From Balanoglossus misakiensis (lineage: Eukaryota; Animalia; Hemichordata): a DNA stretch of 64,000 nucleotides. The notes below the pieces were generated by a model, which had not been told where the DNA came from, did not search any database, and saw only the letters and a program-made list of their open reading frames with translations. Positions within the stretch are counted from its first letter, which is position 1, and each line of letters opens with the position of its first letter. The stretch is taken from assembly GCA_040954595.2 (NCBI GenBank), contig CM082579.2, forward strand, positions 6,003,625 to 6,067,624. Reading direction: 5' to 3'. Below are positions 1 through 13,949 of this stretch, piece after piece. The position numbers and the translations under genes are program-made.

Positions 1-485
1 GCCGCGTAATTTCTCCCGACTAGCATGACCGTAGACTTGAAGATCTATAAATTATCTATCCATTCCCACGGTGTCCGTAAACCAACACTGAGCAAGTTTC
101 AAGTTCGCACTTGACGTCCCCTCTGAAAATTCTTCAATTTAAAAACATATTTTTCCAATTTATTCTCGTGCAATTCTCACATTTATTTTCAGTGAATAGA
201 TAGAAGAGAGAAGCATGTACTAGACAACAGTTGACCTTCGTGGGTATATAAGCAAGTGTTTTGCCCCCGCGATAAAAAAAAAAGAGTTGGAACCCCCATC
301 TCGTGTTGTTTGTGTTTCAGTGAACGGGGGAACAAAAATCGTATTCTTAGCAAAGTTCAAAAGATCACGAAGATTTTCCCACAGATCAAACTGTGCAGTA
401 GAGGGGTTCCTCCCTTTAAGCCTCGGTGTCCATGAAATCACATTATCTCCTTCACGCTCATCAGTGTATTCATTTCACCTTACAG

Positions 486-526
486 GAAATGTATTATTGA
501 CCAAGAAATGTATTATTGACCAAGAA
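486..526. repeat. 19-bp tandem duplication (GAAATGTATTATTGACCAA)x2
   Basis: Read directly. Confidence 0.9.
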
Positions 527-3500
527 TCCAGACACCGGCCTTGGTTGCCTGGTATTACAAAACTGGGATGCATGATAAAAAAAAAGAAAGAAATCTGGCT
601 GGCGAGTTGCCCCAAAGACATGGATTCAAAATGAAAAGCCCAATGCTGAGCTAGCTGCCATTTATAGGGACCCTCAAAACTCTGATGTCATGAGAACTTT
701 ATCCCACGCCAGCAGTATGGAATGAACGTCATTTTTTGTGTGGTCAGCATGTGGTGGGTGCGTTATTTGCTCACAAATATAATAACTGTCAAAAATAATC
801 ATTCACCACCTGCACTAGACATTCTGCAAAAACACGCAAAACATTTTAGTAAATTTTTGTAGTCCAAAGTGGGTGACATGTGTTCTGTCATGCTGGTGCT
901 AACTGTTCTTGGAAAAGAAAACTACTGATTAAAAAACCTGGTTGAAAAGTAAACAGAGTAGACAGAAATATGAAAAGTGTACAGTATATCAAGTTTTTAT
1001 GAGAGTATACATGTAGTTGTTGCTTGGGGTTTTTTTTGGTGGGGGGGGGGGGTTGATTGAATCAACATTATAGTGTTGCCGTTTTAGTGAATGTGATGTT
1101 TGATTGGCTTGCAGAACAGCAACACCCCCACAAATTGTACTGTTGTACCAGCCCCTCCCTGTGATGAAAGTGGTATAGTCTCATTTACATCCATCAGCAT
1201 TCACAAAACTGAGTGGCCGAAGCATCCTCAGTCAAGAACCTCAGTCATTACTGCAGCTGAAAATGTCGGTTGCCAAGTAAATGTGCAATGGCCGTGTTTG
1301 AACATATGGCGAAGGCAGGAGACACTTTGTTCTGCGGTCAAGATTAGGGACGGGCCAGGCAGATACGCATGACAGGGCAGTGGAGGGTCTAGAGATAACC
1401 GCGGTTATCGCTCATTCCTTCTCTTTGTCAGATCTATCTCTCTTCTCACATCTGGTTTTGGTAAACTCGCTAGTGATATTGGATAACACCCGTGATGAGG
1501 CGAAGAATTAGATAATTATTCAGCTCGCTCCTGACCGACTTAACTGTAAGGAGCCTGGTACTCTGAATTAAAAAAAAAAAACGCCAGCAAGCCGCACACT
1601 GAATGGTGAAATTCACACTCACTAAACAGTTCTCATGGAAACAAGCCCTCGTACCGCATCCACTTAAAAACAAGTCAAGTATTTTTAGAATTAAACACCT
1701 GTAGAGCATTTTTTCAAATTTCCGGTCTGTGTTTAACTTTAGGATTGCAGGCAGCAGGTTCAAACAATGCTGTTGACTTAGCATAGCCGACTCCAGCCAT
1801 CTCCAAACATAGCTTGATTATGAGCTGGTGATTTGCTATCCAGGCTCTGCAGGCTGGGCTTCTAATATTGTTTTCCTCGACTGGCATAAGAGTGGGTGCT
1901 CGCTCTTGTTTGGTTTGTGTTGACTTCTCATGGAATTAAACAAATGGATTAATATTCCTGGGTGATTAGGAGACCTGTTCATTAACTCTGTAAAAGCTTC
2001 TAATCAGTCGGAGCAGGACAGGTGGAGTCAGGAAGGATGATAGAGACAAATGGAGAGAGATAGCAAACAATTGATCAGTCTTTACTCGTGGAATGCAGTC
2101 TTCCACTTAAAACAAAAAATAGATATGCTCAAATTTCTGAAAAAGATTAAAATATGATCCAACAGATGTCAACTGAAACAAAAATACTATTGTTTTTCAT
2201 GGAATAAAGACAAAAATACTATGATAAACACACACACGCACACGCTCTTAGCCACACGCACACACCCCAGGTACTTGATGTGGGCAGACGGGAATACCAG
2301 TCTGCTGGTGAAGACTTCTTGGCTGACACCTCTTCAGCTATTGACTTATTTATCAAGACCTGACCTCTCGCTGTTGACAGATGTTATTTTCAAGATAGCT
2401 GAGTGGAAGGAAAACATGGAAACATCCTTCTAAATGTATGTCGACACTCCATAATGTAGATGTTCTTGTCATCTTGAGAGATTGGAACTGGGCAAGGTAA
2501 ATTTGAGTAACGCTTTCCTGGGTGTAGATGTTATCTGCGTTACTCAGGACAAAAAAAAACACTCACTTTGCCCCTAGAACCTGCAAAGCAAGTTTTAATG
2601 CATTTGCGATTGATTATTTGAACCTGATCCCACAAGTTCACATTAGTATATATATAGAAATTCTCTAATTTATTGAAAAATCATATTTTCCATTAGTGAT
2701 AAAGTTATGTATATCAGTTTTCACCACACAGATCTCATAGAATGATCGGTACTTTTTATTTCATACTAACCACTCCACTCCCCGATGTAGTAAGGCGTTT
2801 AAAGTATAATGAAGCAAAAAGTCACGAAAAATATGAAATTGGTCAGAACTTGTCAGGACCTGCAGCTTAATTAGTTTATTTCAACAACCCCCGTTTGACA
2901 TGAAACGGTCACGCAGTCTAAACATAGAAAACTTATATCTCCGCTATTAAATTCACTTGTACACTCTAAAACCTAAACAATTAAATGCAAAATGTCTTTT
3001 GTTTGCAAATATTTATAATGCGATGTGCACGAACAGATGCAACCACGTTTTAACTTGTTTTGAATAAGCCCCTAAAATATGTCATTTTTGTCAAACATTT
3101 CTCATAGTCCTGTTAACAAAGAGAAATTTATTAATAGAGTTCTGGTGCTGGAACTGTTAATGGGGGACATTGTGATGTCGAGAATTTTGTCATCGTAATA
3201 GCTCAAAACAAGTGAAAACATGAAAGTTATATTCGTCTCCTTTTATTTGGTGATTTCTCCTGAATGGAATAATTGTTTTGTGTCCCTGTTGAGTGGCAGA
3301 TTGTGTTTGAAATGCAAGTGGTTCTTTTTTGAATGGTGTGAAATAGCAGAAATTACTGCTCTCTTTCATATTGATGAAACCAAAATGGAGGAAGACTACG
3401 TTTAATATTGTAAAGGGTTCAGTATCTAAAATTGTCTTGGTATTTGTAATATATGGCACAGGAATAAAATTAGAGTTACTTTTGTGAATATCATCTGTTC

Positions 3501-5007
3501 TTTTTTCAGGATGATGCAGGAACTTGGAGGAGAAAAGTTGACAACTTTTGTACAGAAAAATATGCAACCTTTAATCACAGTTACAGCAATCAGAAGTGAT
3601 GAAATATACATAGAGGGGGGGGGGGGGAATTGCACTTCCAAGAATTGCACTTCAGAATGAGCAATTGAGATCAGCTCGGGATTATAACACAGAATGAGAG
3701 AAGACCCCGGGTCAAAGGGCGAAAAACCTATCGACTGCCGCCCAGTAAATAATGAATGAAAGAGTCGAGCAAGGAAAACATACAAGGAAGACTTGTCGGT
3801 CGGATGACAGCCAAGACTCTACGTATGCGCGGAATGGTGTTGGCGAGGCCTTGGCCAGGGTTGTGTGTGATAGATGAGAAAGAGTGTTAAATGGTCTTAT
3901 CAAAGGCGGATTTGTTACAAGATAGGGATTAATTCAGCTGATGGCGGTCATCGGGGGTCATCGGGGTCCGCTGGCGATTACTTCCATCAGAATTCCACCG
4001 TGGATGTAAACAGTGTATTCTATGTGTGGCTGTGCAGAGTTGAATGGAGGGAAGAAAGAAAGAAAGGGAAAAAAATATTGCTACTTCGCGACAGCTGTGA
4101 GAGAGGGAGAAAAAAAAATTGACACAGTTTAGTGCTCCATCATCAGTGACAGCTGCTTGAGACTTGGGTGTTAGCTGCACTATTGAGGTCTTGCTGTATG
4201 GGTTCATTGTAGTGCGAGAGCCTCCCTTCAACTGCAGCTGCAGCAGTGCTGAAGCAGAGGGGAAACAGCATAAAAATTGCAGTCAGGGAGATTGCGTCTG
4301 TCTTGTTAATTATTTATGTTGTGGAGATGGTGGAGTTTGCAATGTTGCAATTTAGTAATGCTGGATCTTAAGGGTGTGTCAGTCATATTTTGTGAACTGC
4401 TGCAGTGCAGCATTGCAGCATTTACAGGGTGGGTTCATTGGTGCAGTTGTGTTGCAGCTGGCGCAGTGAGAGTATAACCGCTGCAGAGGATGAGATGTCT
4501 GTAGTGTTGCAGTCAGTTAGATGGGTCAGTGTAGGGTAAGTTTTTGGGACAGTGGAAAGTTCAGAAACACAGAACTTGAAGAAGTTTGCTCAGAATTGCT
4601 GAAGTGTGAGCTATATAGCCAGTTTAAAAAGTAGCTAAGTGTGAAAAGAGGTGGCACATGTTTTTTTCCTCCCGAGATGTCGCGAGGTTAATTCCCACAG
4701 CCCTGATTTGTGGTTGAACCCTACAACTTCAAGTACATGTAGAGGCAATTACCCTCTGTTGGCAAGTCAAGGTGACCTTGAGTGTTGTGTACAATAACAA
4801 AATTATAAACACTGAGGAAATTCCCGGTGGGTCTCAAAAATTAGGTCAGTTCCTTTCCGCCTCAGTGGCCACACTGTATCCACATGTAGCAATTTGGAGA
4901 CACAAATTGCTCAAAAATTTCAACTGTATTATGCAACGTTTTGGTGTTTTTGCAAGCATTTTCACTTTGATGACATTGTGACCTATAGAGTATGGAATGT
5001 TTACAAC

Positions 5008-5103
5008 TTCCCATCTTCATAAAAGTTACTTTCCGTCCTAATAAAAAATTACTTTCTATCTTCATAATTATATATAAATTTCCATCTTCATAAAATTATT
5101 TTC
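5008..5103. repeat. Degenerate ~24-bp minisatellite (ttccatcttcataaaa-like), ~4 units
   Basis: Recurring tt(c/t)catcttcataa(a)-type units. Confidence 0.6.
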
Positions 5104-7385
5104 TGAAGAGTGCTTTTCGTTATAAACGATAACTCGGTTCCAAGTTTTAATACATTTCAGGCGGAAATGCAATTTTACCTCTGTCAGTGGTATATCCTAC
5201 ATTATGTAACAAGAAAATATGTCGAGGGGAGGGGAGGTGCCTTTCGCGTGATCTAATATTAAAAGCTGAACTTAATTGGGAAAAAGTCCGGCAAGATTGG
5301 ATGACAAAACCCTTCAGCAACATCGCCTATTATTAATTTACACCGATTTTGGTCTCAATTTCTTGTCATCAGAGAACAGGCCTAAAAATACACAGGCCTG
5401 TCAACTAATACACCAGCCATCATCGCCATAGCCGTGCCGCTGTTCAGATTAAACCACAGACTCAAGTCATTGACCTACCATCATAACTAAATCTCATAAA
5501 AAAATAACAAGTCTATTTCGCACGCAAGCCTTCCATGCTTGTGTGTCGATCTCCATGATGTGTGTTTTCTTTCAAAGAATCTAAACTCATCACTGTAAGC
5601 CAGACTGGATGATAAAGTACCGGAATATTTATCATTTGGTTTTTTATTTCCGATTTTTTTGGCCCTTGTATCGTTCACACATACTTGACATGTTATACTT
5701 GCAAATGGAGATTTAAAAGTCTCCGAGTCGTGAATCGGAATTCTGACCAGCCACATTTTGCAATAACTCAACTGAAATGTCAAAACAATTTTACGGCCGG
5801 GCTATCCAATTCTTATATTATGTTAGATCACTCCATTATCAGTTTCCGGAATGCCCCAGATTTATTTCTGGGGTGAAAGTGAGATATTTGATGGCTTCAT
5901 AAAAACACATTAAACGTGTTTGAATGGGAAGTGGGGGTGTGGATGAGTCTAGGTGCTTTATACGCATGGAAACATATATATATGTTGACTTCAGGGAAAT
6001 TTTGCGTGCGTGCCAAATGGACAAAAAAACACCAACTTTCCTTGAAAACACCTCTCAGGGTTTTTTCCAGTTTATGAAGCCCGGTTACGGCCTCATCAGA
6101 AAATTTTATTTATATAGTGTCGCGGCCAGCTCTTGCAAGTGCGGCCACTCAACTGTAAAAACTACTCCCAGTAATTAGTGTCCTATGCTTGGTTTATTTG
6201 TCTACGCTCCGTGGAAACTCACAAGCTCTCCAGTATAAAATGGAGGGGGGCTGCTCTGACTGTCAAGTTTAGATTTCTTACTTCCTGAGTGCAAATTTAA
6301 CCAGTTTGACCCGCTGACCCCCGGAGCTGCGGTCGCCTGCTCTCTCTCATAACTACATTTTAACCTCTAGTTGCTAAATATAAACTGCAAATCAGCTGAT
6401 GTGAGTTTTAGAGCACAACATTGGGGACACTGAGACATAATTACATTGTACTTATCATTTCCTGACTGAGCTGCCAAAATGCCAAGTAAGCATTTTTTCA
6501 AGTCAAGCCCTTGGTTTTTGCTATTGATCCACAGCACTGAAACATAAAACTCATGTGTTCTATTATCAAAAAAAATATATATATGTTCCTTTAATATGAG
6601 AATTGAATTTATCTGCAGTTTATTAAACTAAGTTTAATTTTTTATTAAATGACAAAATATTTTGTGCTTATTTTAGGTATAAAATTTTTAAACGCTTTAA
6701 TAAATAATAATACCAAAGTATAACACTTTTTCCTCATAATTTCACCCAATACATGTATAAAGTTAAAAAAATACATATTCTGACCAGACAAGGATATATC
6801 CATTTGAGCCACAGACACACCATTCTAGAATTATTGTTCCCTCTCTCTCTCTCTGGAACCTTTATGTGTGTGACTGACTTGATTAAATTCCTAGATTCCT
6901 GTTTTCTTCCTCTGCTACTCGGCGGAGGTCAGCCAGGGGTCACACTATTTCTATCTTTAAAATAGCTACAAGATATCCTATGCCAATCACTAAAGTTCTG
7001 CTCTGATCGCAGCTGATAAAACCCCACAATATCACTCAGGACTGTACCATGTGTAATTGGGGGTGGGTGGGCGTTTGTAAGAGGAAAATGATTTTGTAAC
7101 CTAATTCAGCACGTACTTTCACAGCGTTGACACAGTGTTTCCTTCTGTATGGTTGTGCCCACCTAGAAAAATATCTGTGCCATTTAATCATTTTGACTGA
7201 AGAATCAATGACAATAATCTAATTTGCTGTAGGCAAAATATGAGAAAAATTAAGTTGAAGACTTATTTTTGAGGTGTATACTACCATAAGTATTAGAGGA
7301 ATGAAACAAATATCTTTTAATATTTTTGATACTTTCTAAATTTAATAATTCTACCAAAATATATATGTCTTAGAAATGTAACTTC

Positions 7386-8355
7386 TTAAGGATATCACCC
7401 GTGAGATTCTGGCCCATAATCCGATCAAAAACCCAAACAGATTTGCACGTGTGAGCCAATGCATTCAGATGTTGTTGACTCAGATTGGTGTTAATTTTGT
7501 GTGTGTGTTTACATCGAGCAAGCTAGCAAGCTAGTTGACCAGATCATGTTTTTCTTGTTTACTTTTGGCATGGCAAGGCACTGTAAACAAACAGTGGCTA
7601 TTGTTAGGAGACATCAAACCTCCTGTTCCATCCAAAGGATCAGTGGCTGTCACTCCAATATCGGTCCCAGTCTCCACAGTACTATACATTACAACCTAAA
7701 TATTTGGAGACGACTTCTGGGTCCAGGTGGCCCGTATAATGTAGTTACCGGAGGACTCAATCAAAAGGAGGGAAAAAATGGCATATTCTCTTTTCCTTTG
7801 CAGCATATAATCAATTCTATAGAGTAATATCCTACGAAAGAATCAGTTTCTACTCTTCAGCACACATGGTTCTGATGTTGAATTTATAATACAGATCAGA
7901 ATATGGAAATAGTGTACACTTTGCCGTACGTGCTTGGATGACAGACAGACACCGCATACCGATCTAAAGTTAGCAAATATGGTGTATGCATCCGGCCCCT
8001 CATCTGTGAAGGCAGTGTGGCATTGTGGGAAATATAAACACAGACCCATGATGCTCCTATATGCATTTTAGTGCGATGCAGTAAACTTTATTCGCTGCAA
8101 GTGCTCGACTTTCCGCAGCCGGGGTTGAAACTGGGGACAATTTCAGTATTTATGTGCTTGTTCCGTCTTACACACAGTTGTAACATGAAGCAGTTTGATT
8201 TCAAGCGTGTGCTCTCAGCTGTTCCCATGGATATTCTGGCCTTATTTAAATTGCTCCGGATGTCGGCCAATAATGATCTCGTTCTGGTGGATTGGTGCAT
8301 GATGGGATATTAGAGACGCATTTTAAGTTGAAACACGGATAATTAAGCCCTTTAA
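7386..8355. mobile_element. Possible degraded TTAA-flanked MITE
   Basis: TTAAGGATATCACCCGTG at the left versus TTAAAGGGCTTAATTATCCGTG (reverse complement of the right end); weak similarity only. Confidence 0.25.
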
Positions 8356-9530
8356 AATAGCAATCAAGAGGTTGCATATCTCATCTTTAACCAATAAAAT
8401 TGATCATTGCAGAAATATTAAAAACTTTACCGAACAGATCCGGCGTTCTGTAAAATTAATTGGGGGTAAAAGTAATCTATGGTAGCTTGAGAAGTTTGTG
8501 TTTTATAGAAATTAAACTTTGATTCCTATTGCTTGTGGTTGGATCCATTTTCAGGGAAACAAGGGGAGGCAGGTATACAGTAGAGAGGGGCACATTGGAT
8601 GAACGACTATAACATTGAATACAAATATTATCCACACTGAGTCTCGTTTTTACCCGGAATATGAAATAAGTGTTTGAGGCCAAAAATAAGCCGTGCAAGA
8701 AGTCAGTTTCGGTAATGCACTTCCAGTGGCAAATTTCCTGTAACAGGAGGGGGAAAAAAGCTCTTGGAAAATCTAATGGTGCAATCTACGATAAAGCGGA
8801 AACAAAATAATCCATAAATTTTAAACTGAAGTGTTGGTGTGAAGCAGTCTGTCACGTCAGCCAAAAACTTTGTGTTTATTTAGTTCAAGGATTATCAACC
8901 GTTGTATATTTTATCAGAAGTTTTTAAAAGGGGTGCAGGTGTCAAAAAGTGTGAAAGATGAGGAAATACGATTGTCAGTTTGAAATGTCACATTGCATTT
9001 CTGGCGGTGGTGCTCTCTGATTGGTTTATACTGGGATGGACGTGCAGCCTGATTGGTGCTCCTGGGGGGTTGCAATCTCTCTTTACTTTTGGCCGTGTGA
9101 CCCCAGAGGTCACTGTTTCAAGTGTTTTGAAGTCATTTACAGGTGTATGCACTTAATTATCGCCGGTGATTTATTGCTCCATTCAGCGTCTTTTGCTCAG
9201 CGCTCTAGGAATATAATGATTTTTTTTTCAAGGTTTTTAAATCCTGAAAGAAAAAAAGCGCTGTCTAACAACAGATGCATGTGGGCAAAGCGTCCCCGTG
9301 GACGGTTTGAGCCACTTGCAACTTTGGAATTGAGATTGACAGAATGTGACCAACTCTGGTCGTAGTTAATAATCTTTCAAGAGTTTGACTCTTCCGGCCG
9401 TCCCGTATGGACAATGGTCAGTAACCCTGGTCGAGTTTGCTAATGGATTTTACAAGCATTACATGTGTAATTACTGAGCGATAAAGTAGGAGACAGTCTA
9501 CCCGGTGTGACACATTCCCTTCAACAGTGG

Positions 9531-9579
9531 ATTAAACCATGGAGCTACATGTACCACAGTGGTAGCTCCATGATTAAAC
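9531..9579. mobile_element. 35-bp hairpin element (11-bp terminal inverted repeats CATGGAGCTAC) flanked by a 7-bp direct repeat ATTAAAC
   Basis: ATTAAAC-CATGGAGCTAC-13 nt-GTAGCTCCATG-ATTAAAC read directly. Confidence 0.65.
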
Positions 9580-12500
9580 TTGATGACGAATGGCAAGGTG
9601 GGGGAGGGGACAACCCACAGCTAGGGGTGTAAAATGAAATAACAGTTGCAGGTTAGTCTCAGTGTCTTTTTCTTATCAGGTTCTGGGGTTTTTGTAGACA
9701 GCCATGAAAATGAAACACCCAGGGAAATGCATTAATACTGCAAGATGACGTAACAGTGATAGAAGCACAGAAGACTAAACCAACAGCCATTAGATTAATG
9801 GACAGAAAAATAAACAGAGGAACCTGGTATTGGCACCATGAGGTGTCCCTTTGAGAGCAAGTACATAAACCTGAGGGAAAATTTAGCCAGATAGGTTTTC
9901 AAAGAAGTCGGATATTTGGCACTGTTTGGAGAAGTCATTTATAAATAGTTCCAGTTTGAAAAAAATAACCTGGCTTTAAATCTTGGCAAGGAAGAGACCA
10001 GAAAAAAAGTTATGTGTGGCAAGTTATTTTCCAAACTTCACCATGCTGATTAGTCAAAATTGTGAAGTTTAGAAAGATTAAGATATGAAAGTCAAAATTG
10101 GATTATCAGGCAAATTGTTTGTGGCGGAACCAAGCTGTTGACTGTCATGCAGCATGCAACCTCTGTCCAGATTCACGGAACAACACTGTTCAGATTCTCG
10201 GAACAACATGGGTCGATTTTACAATGCATCATGGGTAGACTGCTGTAAAAAAAACTTTTCCGGAGGGAGTGGGCCAGGCATTTTAGCGCTAATCGCCGGT
10301 CATAAAACACTTAAGGATTACCTAGTACTGGAAAACTCAATTACATCAATGTCAATCTACTTTGCAATTGAATCATTATACTTTACACCGGCTGTAAATT
10401 TTACTGGGTGTTTTTTTTTTCTGTTACAGTGCACTTCAGGTTAAATTAATTTTTTTTCACCCCCACGGTGGCAGTCTGTGTGTATTTTACCTAGTAGCGT
10501 TAAATGGAAGTTAATTTATAGCAGGGATGCGGATAATATGATTGACGCAATTCTGATAGGTGTACACATACATTTTGTACTTTTCTGTTGTGTTAAGAGA
10601 TTTGACATCAACTTTGAGTTTACAGCCATTGGGATTTATATATTACCAACTTGTTGATATGTACACCTAGTCAAACTCCTGTATTTCCCATATACAAATG
10701 CGGCAAGCCATAAAATCTGACAGGGTTAAAACAGTCTGTATTGAAAGGATGGAAAGTTCAGGGGTCAAAAAGAATTCTTTTTTTTTTCAGCCAATGGTTT
10801 TAATGCAATAGCCTTAATTCACATACACATTTTTTCTTAGATTTCGCGGTTCATAACTTTTAAATAAAAATTACACAGACTACAGATAGAAACCGAATTA
10901 AAAAGTTGATATCAATCAGTACTGAACTTTACTGCACTTGAGTGCAGCCATGTGATTCCGCATCCCAGTATACATAACATCTTTTTATCCCGTGCCATTT
11001 ATTTCTAAACTAAGCAAATACCCCCAGAAGCCACCGATCTCCGCTGAAACTTCCAGTGCAGTAATATCAATTTCACACCCGGGCCCCAAAATAGGCAGGA
11101 ACCTGGGGATCAAATCGCAGAACTAAACCGGGACATCAAAATAATTATACTCGGCTTCCTGTGTATTGCATTGCAGACTTTACATAATTATTTGGACGTT
11201 AAGAAAATATATCCTCTCCCCTTTCAGATGGAATTAACACTGAAGTGGAAGGCTTGGCTTTAGTCTCATTTTTTTGTTATACTACCACTTGCAAATTAAA
11301 CATATACTAGCTGGGCTCATAGTTATGTGTGGTTGGTACCAAGATCAGATTCACCAACAAGCTTTCGATATATGTCTGTCTCATCACTGTATTGGGTCAT
11401 AGGCAGTGGACTTTATATTGTCTGTTGGGTCAGATGCAAATTCTGTGTTTCAAAACATCTTTCTTAGATGTAGTACAAGTGCCAAGATGGTGTTTAATTC
11501 TTTCATCACTGTATATTTTTCTTGCCTATAATTTGTGAGGTTTTAGTTATAATTTTCTATACTTTTCAGGAAAACTTGGGATACTGTTTTTATAGACACA
11601 AACTTTCATAAAATGTACCATAAAAGAAAGTATGTATTCTTCTAACTTTCACATAGATGACAAGAAAGTGTGCTGTACCTCATACTGTAAGCCTTATCTT
11701 TTGCGCAAAAACATGCCCAGTGCTTGTAGACTTGTTTACTGAATTCATCGCAGTTTACACTTGTCCAGTCCCATCTCGTCTCCGCATGGGAAGAGAGCGA
11801 TCTTCTTACGTGGCTTATCGTGTTTACGGCCGACCGACCAGACCCAACCAGTATCACTCTTTGCAGTTTGACCATGCTTGTTGCTTGTACAGTCTTCAAG
11901 GCTGTCTCGCAAGCAAGTGATATCTGCTCCACTTGAGTGAAAGCTCCCTGGCCTGGTTTAGACAACAAGTCAAAATACACGTTGCGATATATGTCCCCCG
12001 CTTTACACTTTACGGACTCCATCGCCGGAAATCAGGCCACAACTGCCAGGCCCGGGAAATTTTATGCGCACATAGGCCACAGTTCACTATGACAAAACGT
12101 TCCGACTTTTCTTAAGAGTACGTATATAAGGAAACAAAATTTCACCAGATATGACATTAAAAACTCATATGCAAATTGTTTGCTTTTTCTCAATAATAAA
12201 TTATAATTTCTTTCAAGTATTGTTTATGTAGCGTTGCTCCAATGAGTATGAAAATAGACTCTTTGTTGAATTTGGTATAACTCATATCGCTAGGGTTGTA
12301 TAAATAGTGCTCGGCATTGCCTCCCAATATATGTCATCTTTCCAGCTGATCATAATTATCCATCATTTTTACAAATTATAATCATCATCACAAAGTTTAT
12401 CTGTCAGATAGTGCAAGGCTAGTCTATGTAAATAACCACTTTAATGATGGATTCCTATAGGTGCATTATCTCACCTAATGAAATATGACCTTGCATCGGC

Positions 12501-13949
12501 GTTTTAAGTTTTGCCAAACTTTTATGTGTGTCGCTGATTATTTTCAATATATCGCCGGAGTTAAAAATAACTTTGTTGAGTCTCAAAGCGTATCAGCTGT
12601 CGCTACATGGGCCCCAAAGTGTTATCCAGATCAGAGGTAGATTTACAATTCTTTTGACAACAGAACGAAAAGTTGAATGTGTTTGTCATTCGAGAGTTGC
12701 ATGGGGTGTGAGAGAGATATACACCAGGGTAATCTGGAATAAGTGTCTGAAGGAGTTATCCAGCTCTCCTAGAGAAGTGTCAAGACTTTTGGGAAAAAGT
12801 ATGAGCTGGCAAAATACTCTTCTGTCTCTCTCTCTGTCCATCCGACTGTCTCATGTTATCCTTCTATACATAATTTGAGAAAATATTAACTGATGTATGA
12901 CTATGATTATAATGAAAGAAACAATGTCTTTTTATAATATTTAAAACAAATATGTTAACACTGGCTAATTGTTGCTCAGAGACTGTGTATACATGATGTA
13001 CATGACATTACTGGAAATACATCTTTGTTTGGACACAAACTACACAAGCATGTTCCTATCATATTTTGTTCATGATTTGTGTGCTTACTGATAGAGCAAT
13101 GTCAAGAAAATAAAGTTTATCACTGCACCGCAAAATGGGAGCATATATGTTAGGGAGGGATACTGTATTGGTTGACCACTTCAGACAACTTCTGTACCAA
13201 TGGATGGATGGATGAATGAAATGGAAGCAAAGGAAAACATCCCAGGGAAAAAAGTCAGGATTGCATGGGGTCAAAGGTTGCACGACTTGTATGTGAGAAG
13301 TTACATAAAAATTGCCCCGGTGTATTATGTTGTATGTATGGAGTACTCAGCAGAGTGGAAACACTGCCAGAGGGGGACTGAAATGTAGATGCTGGCTACT
13401 GTGGTGTTTTCTGGATGTCTGCAGGATTTCGTGTCGGAGAGATTTTTCTCATCCAGCCAGGGTTTAACTTTTAATAGAGCCGCGTGCATTGCAGGGAACG
13501 CCGTATCCAATACCAGGTGCACTTGACCTGCATAGCGAGTAAACCAAACACTGAAATCAGTCTGTCACCGAGAAGGCCATGGCACCTTAATCTTCGCATG
13601 CAAACCATCATTCAGTTCCAATTGCGTCATTCAGTTTGCTTCAGGTAAAATTCTTGGTTTCGCCGCCGATGGCTAAATTTTTTTCCCAGGGTGGCAGGGG
13701 ATGACATAATTGTCGTAACAAACACCGACGACTGCCTTTTGCTGGTTTGCCAGTGCTAATTATGTGTCTGTTTATGATATCTGGGTCCTGTTGCAAGGAA
13801 TGCTGTTTATCCGAGCTCCTGGATCCAGCTGGTTACGGACTTTGGAATGCAACTGATTGAACTCCACTGTACTTTTTGTGTCCATCTTTCATTATTAAAT
13901 ATGCTGGCTATTAAATAGAAAACAACTTGAAGAGCAGTTCACGATAGAA

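Noticed and set aside
2381-2496. Plus-strand exon-like segment (acag|...aag|gtaaat)
   Set aside because: Stop codons in all three frames; no support for a coding exon, and a non-coding exon cannot be shown from sequence alone.
4130-4520. TGCAG-enriched stretch
   Set aside because: No consistent period or ORF; likely decayed low-complexity sequence.
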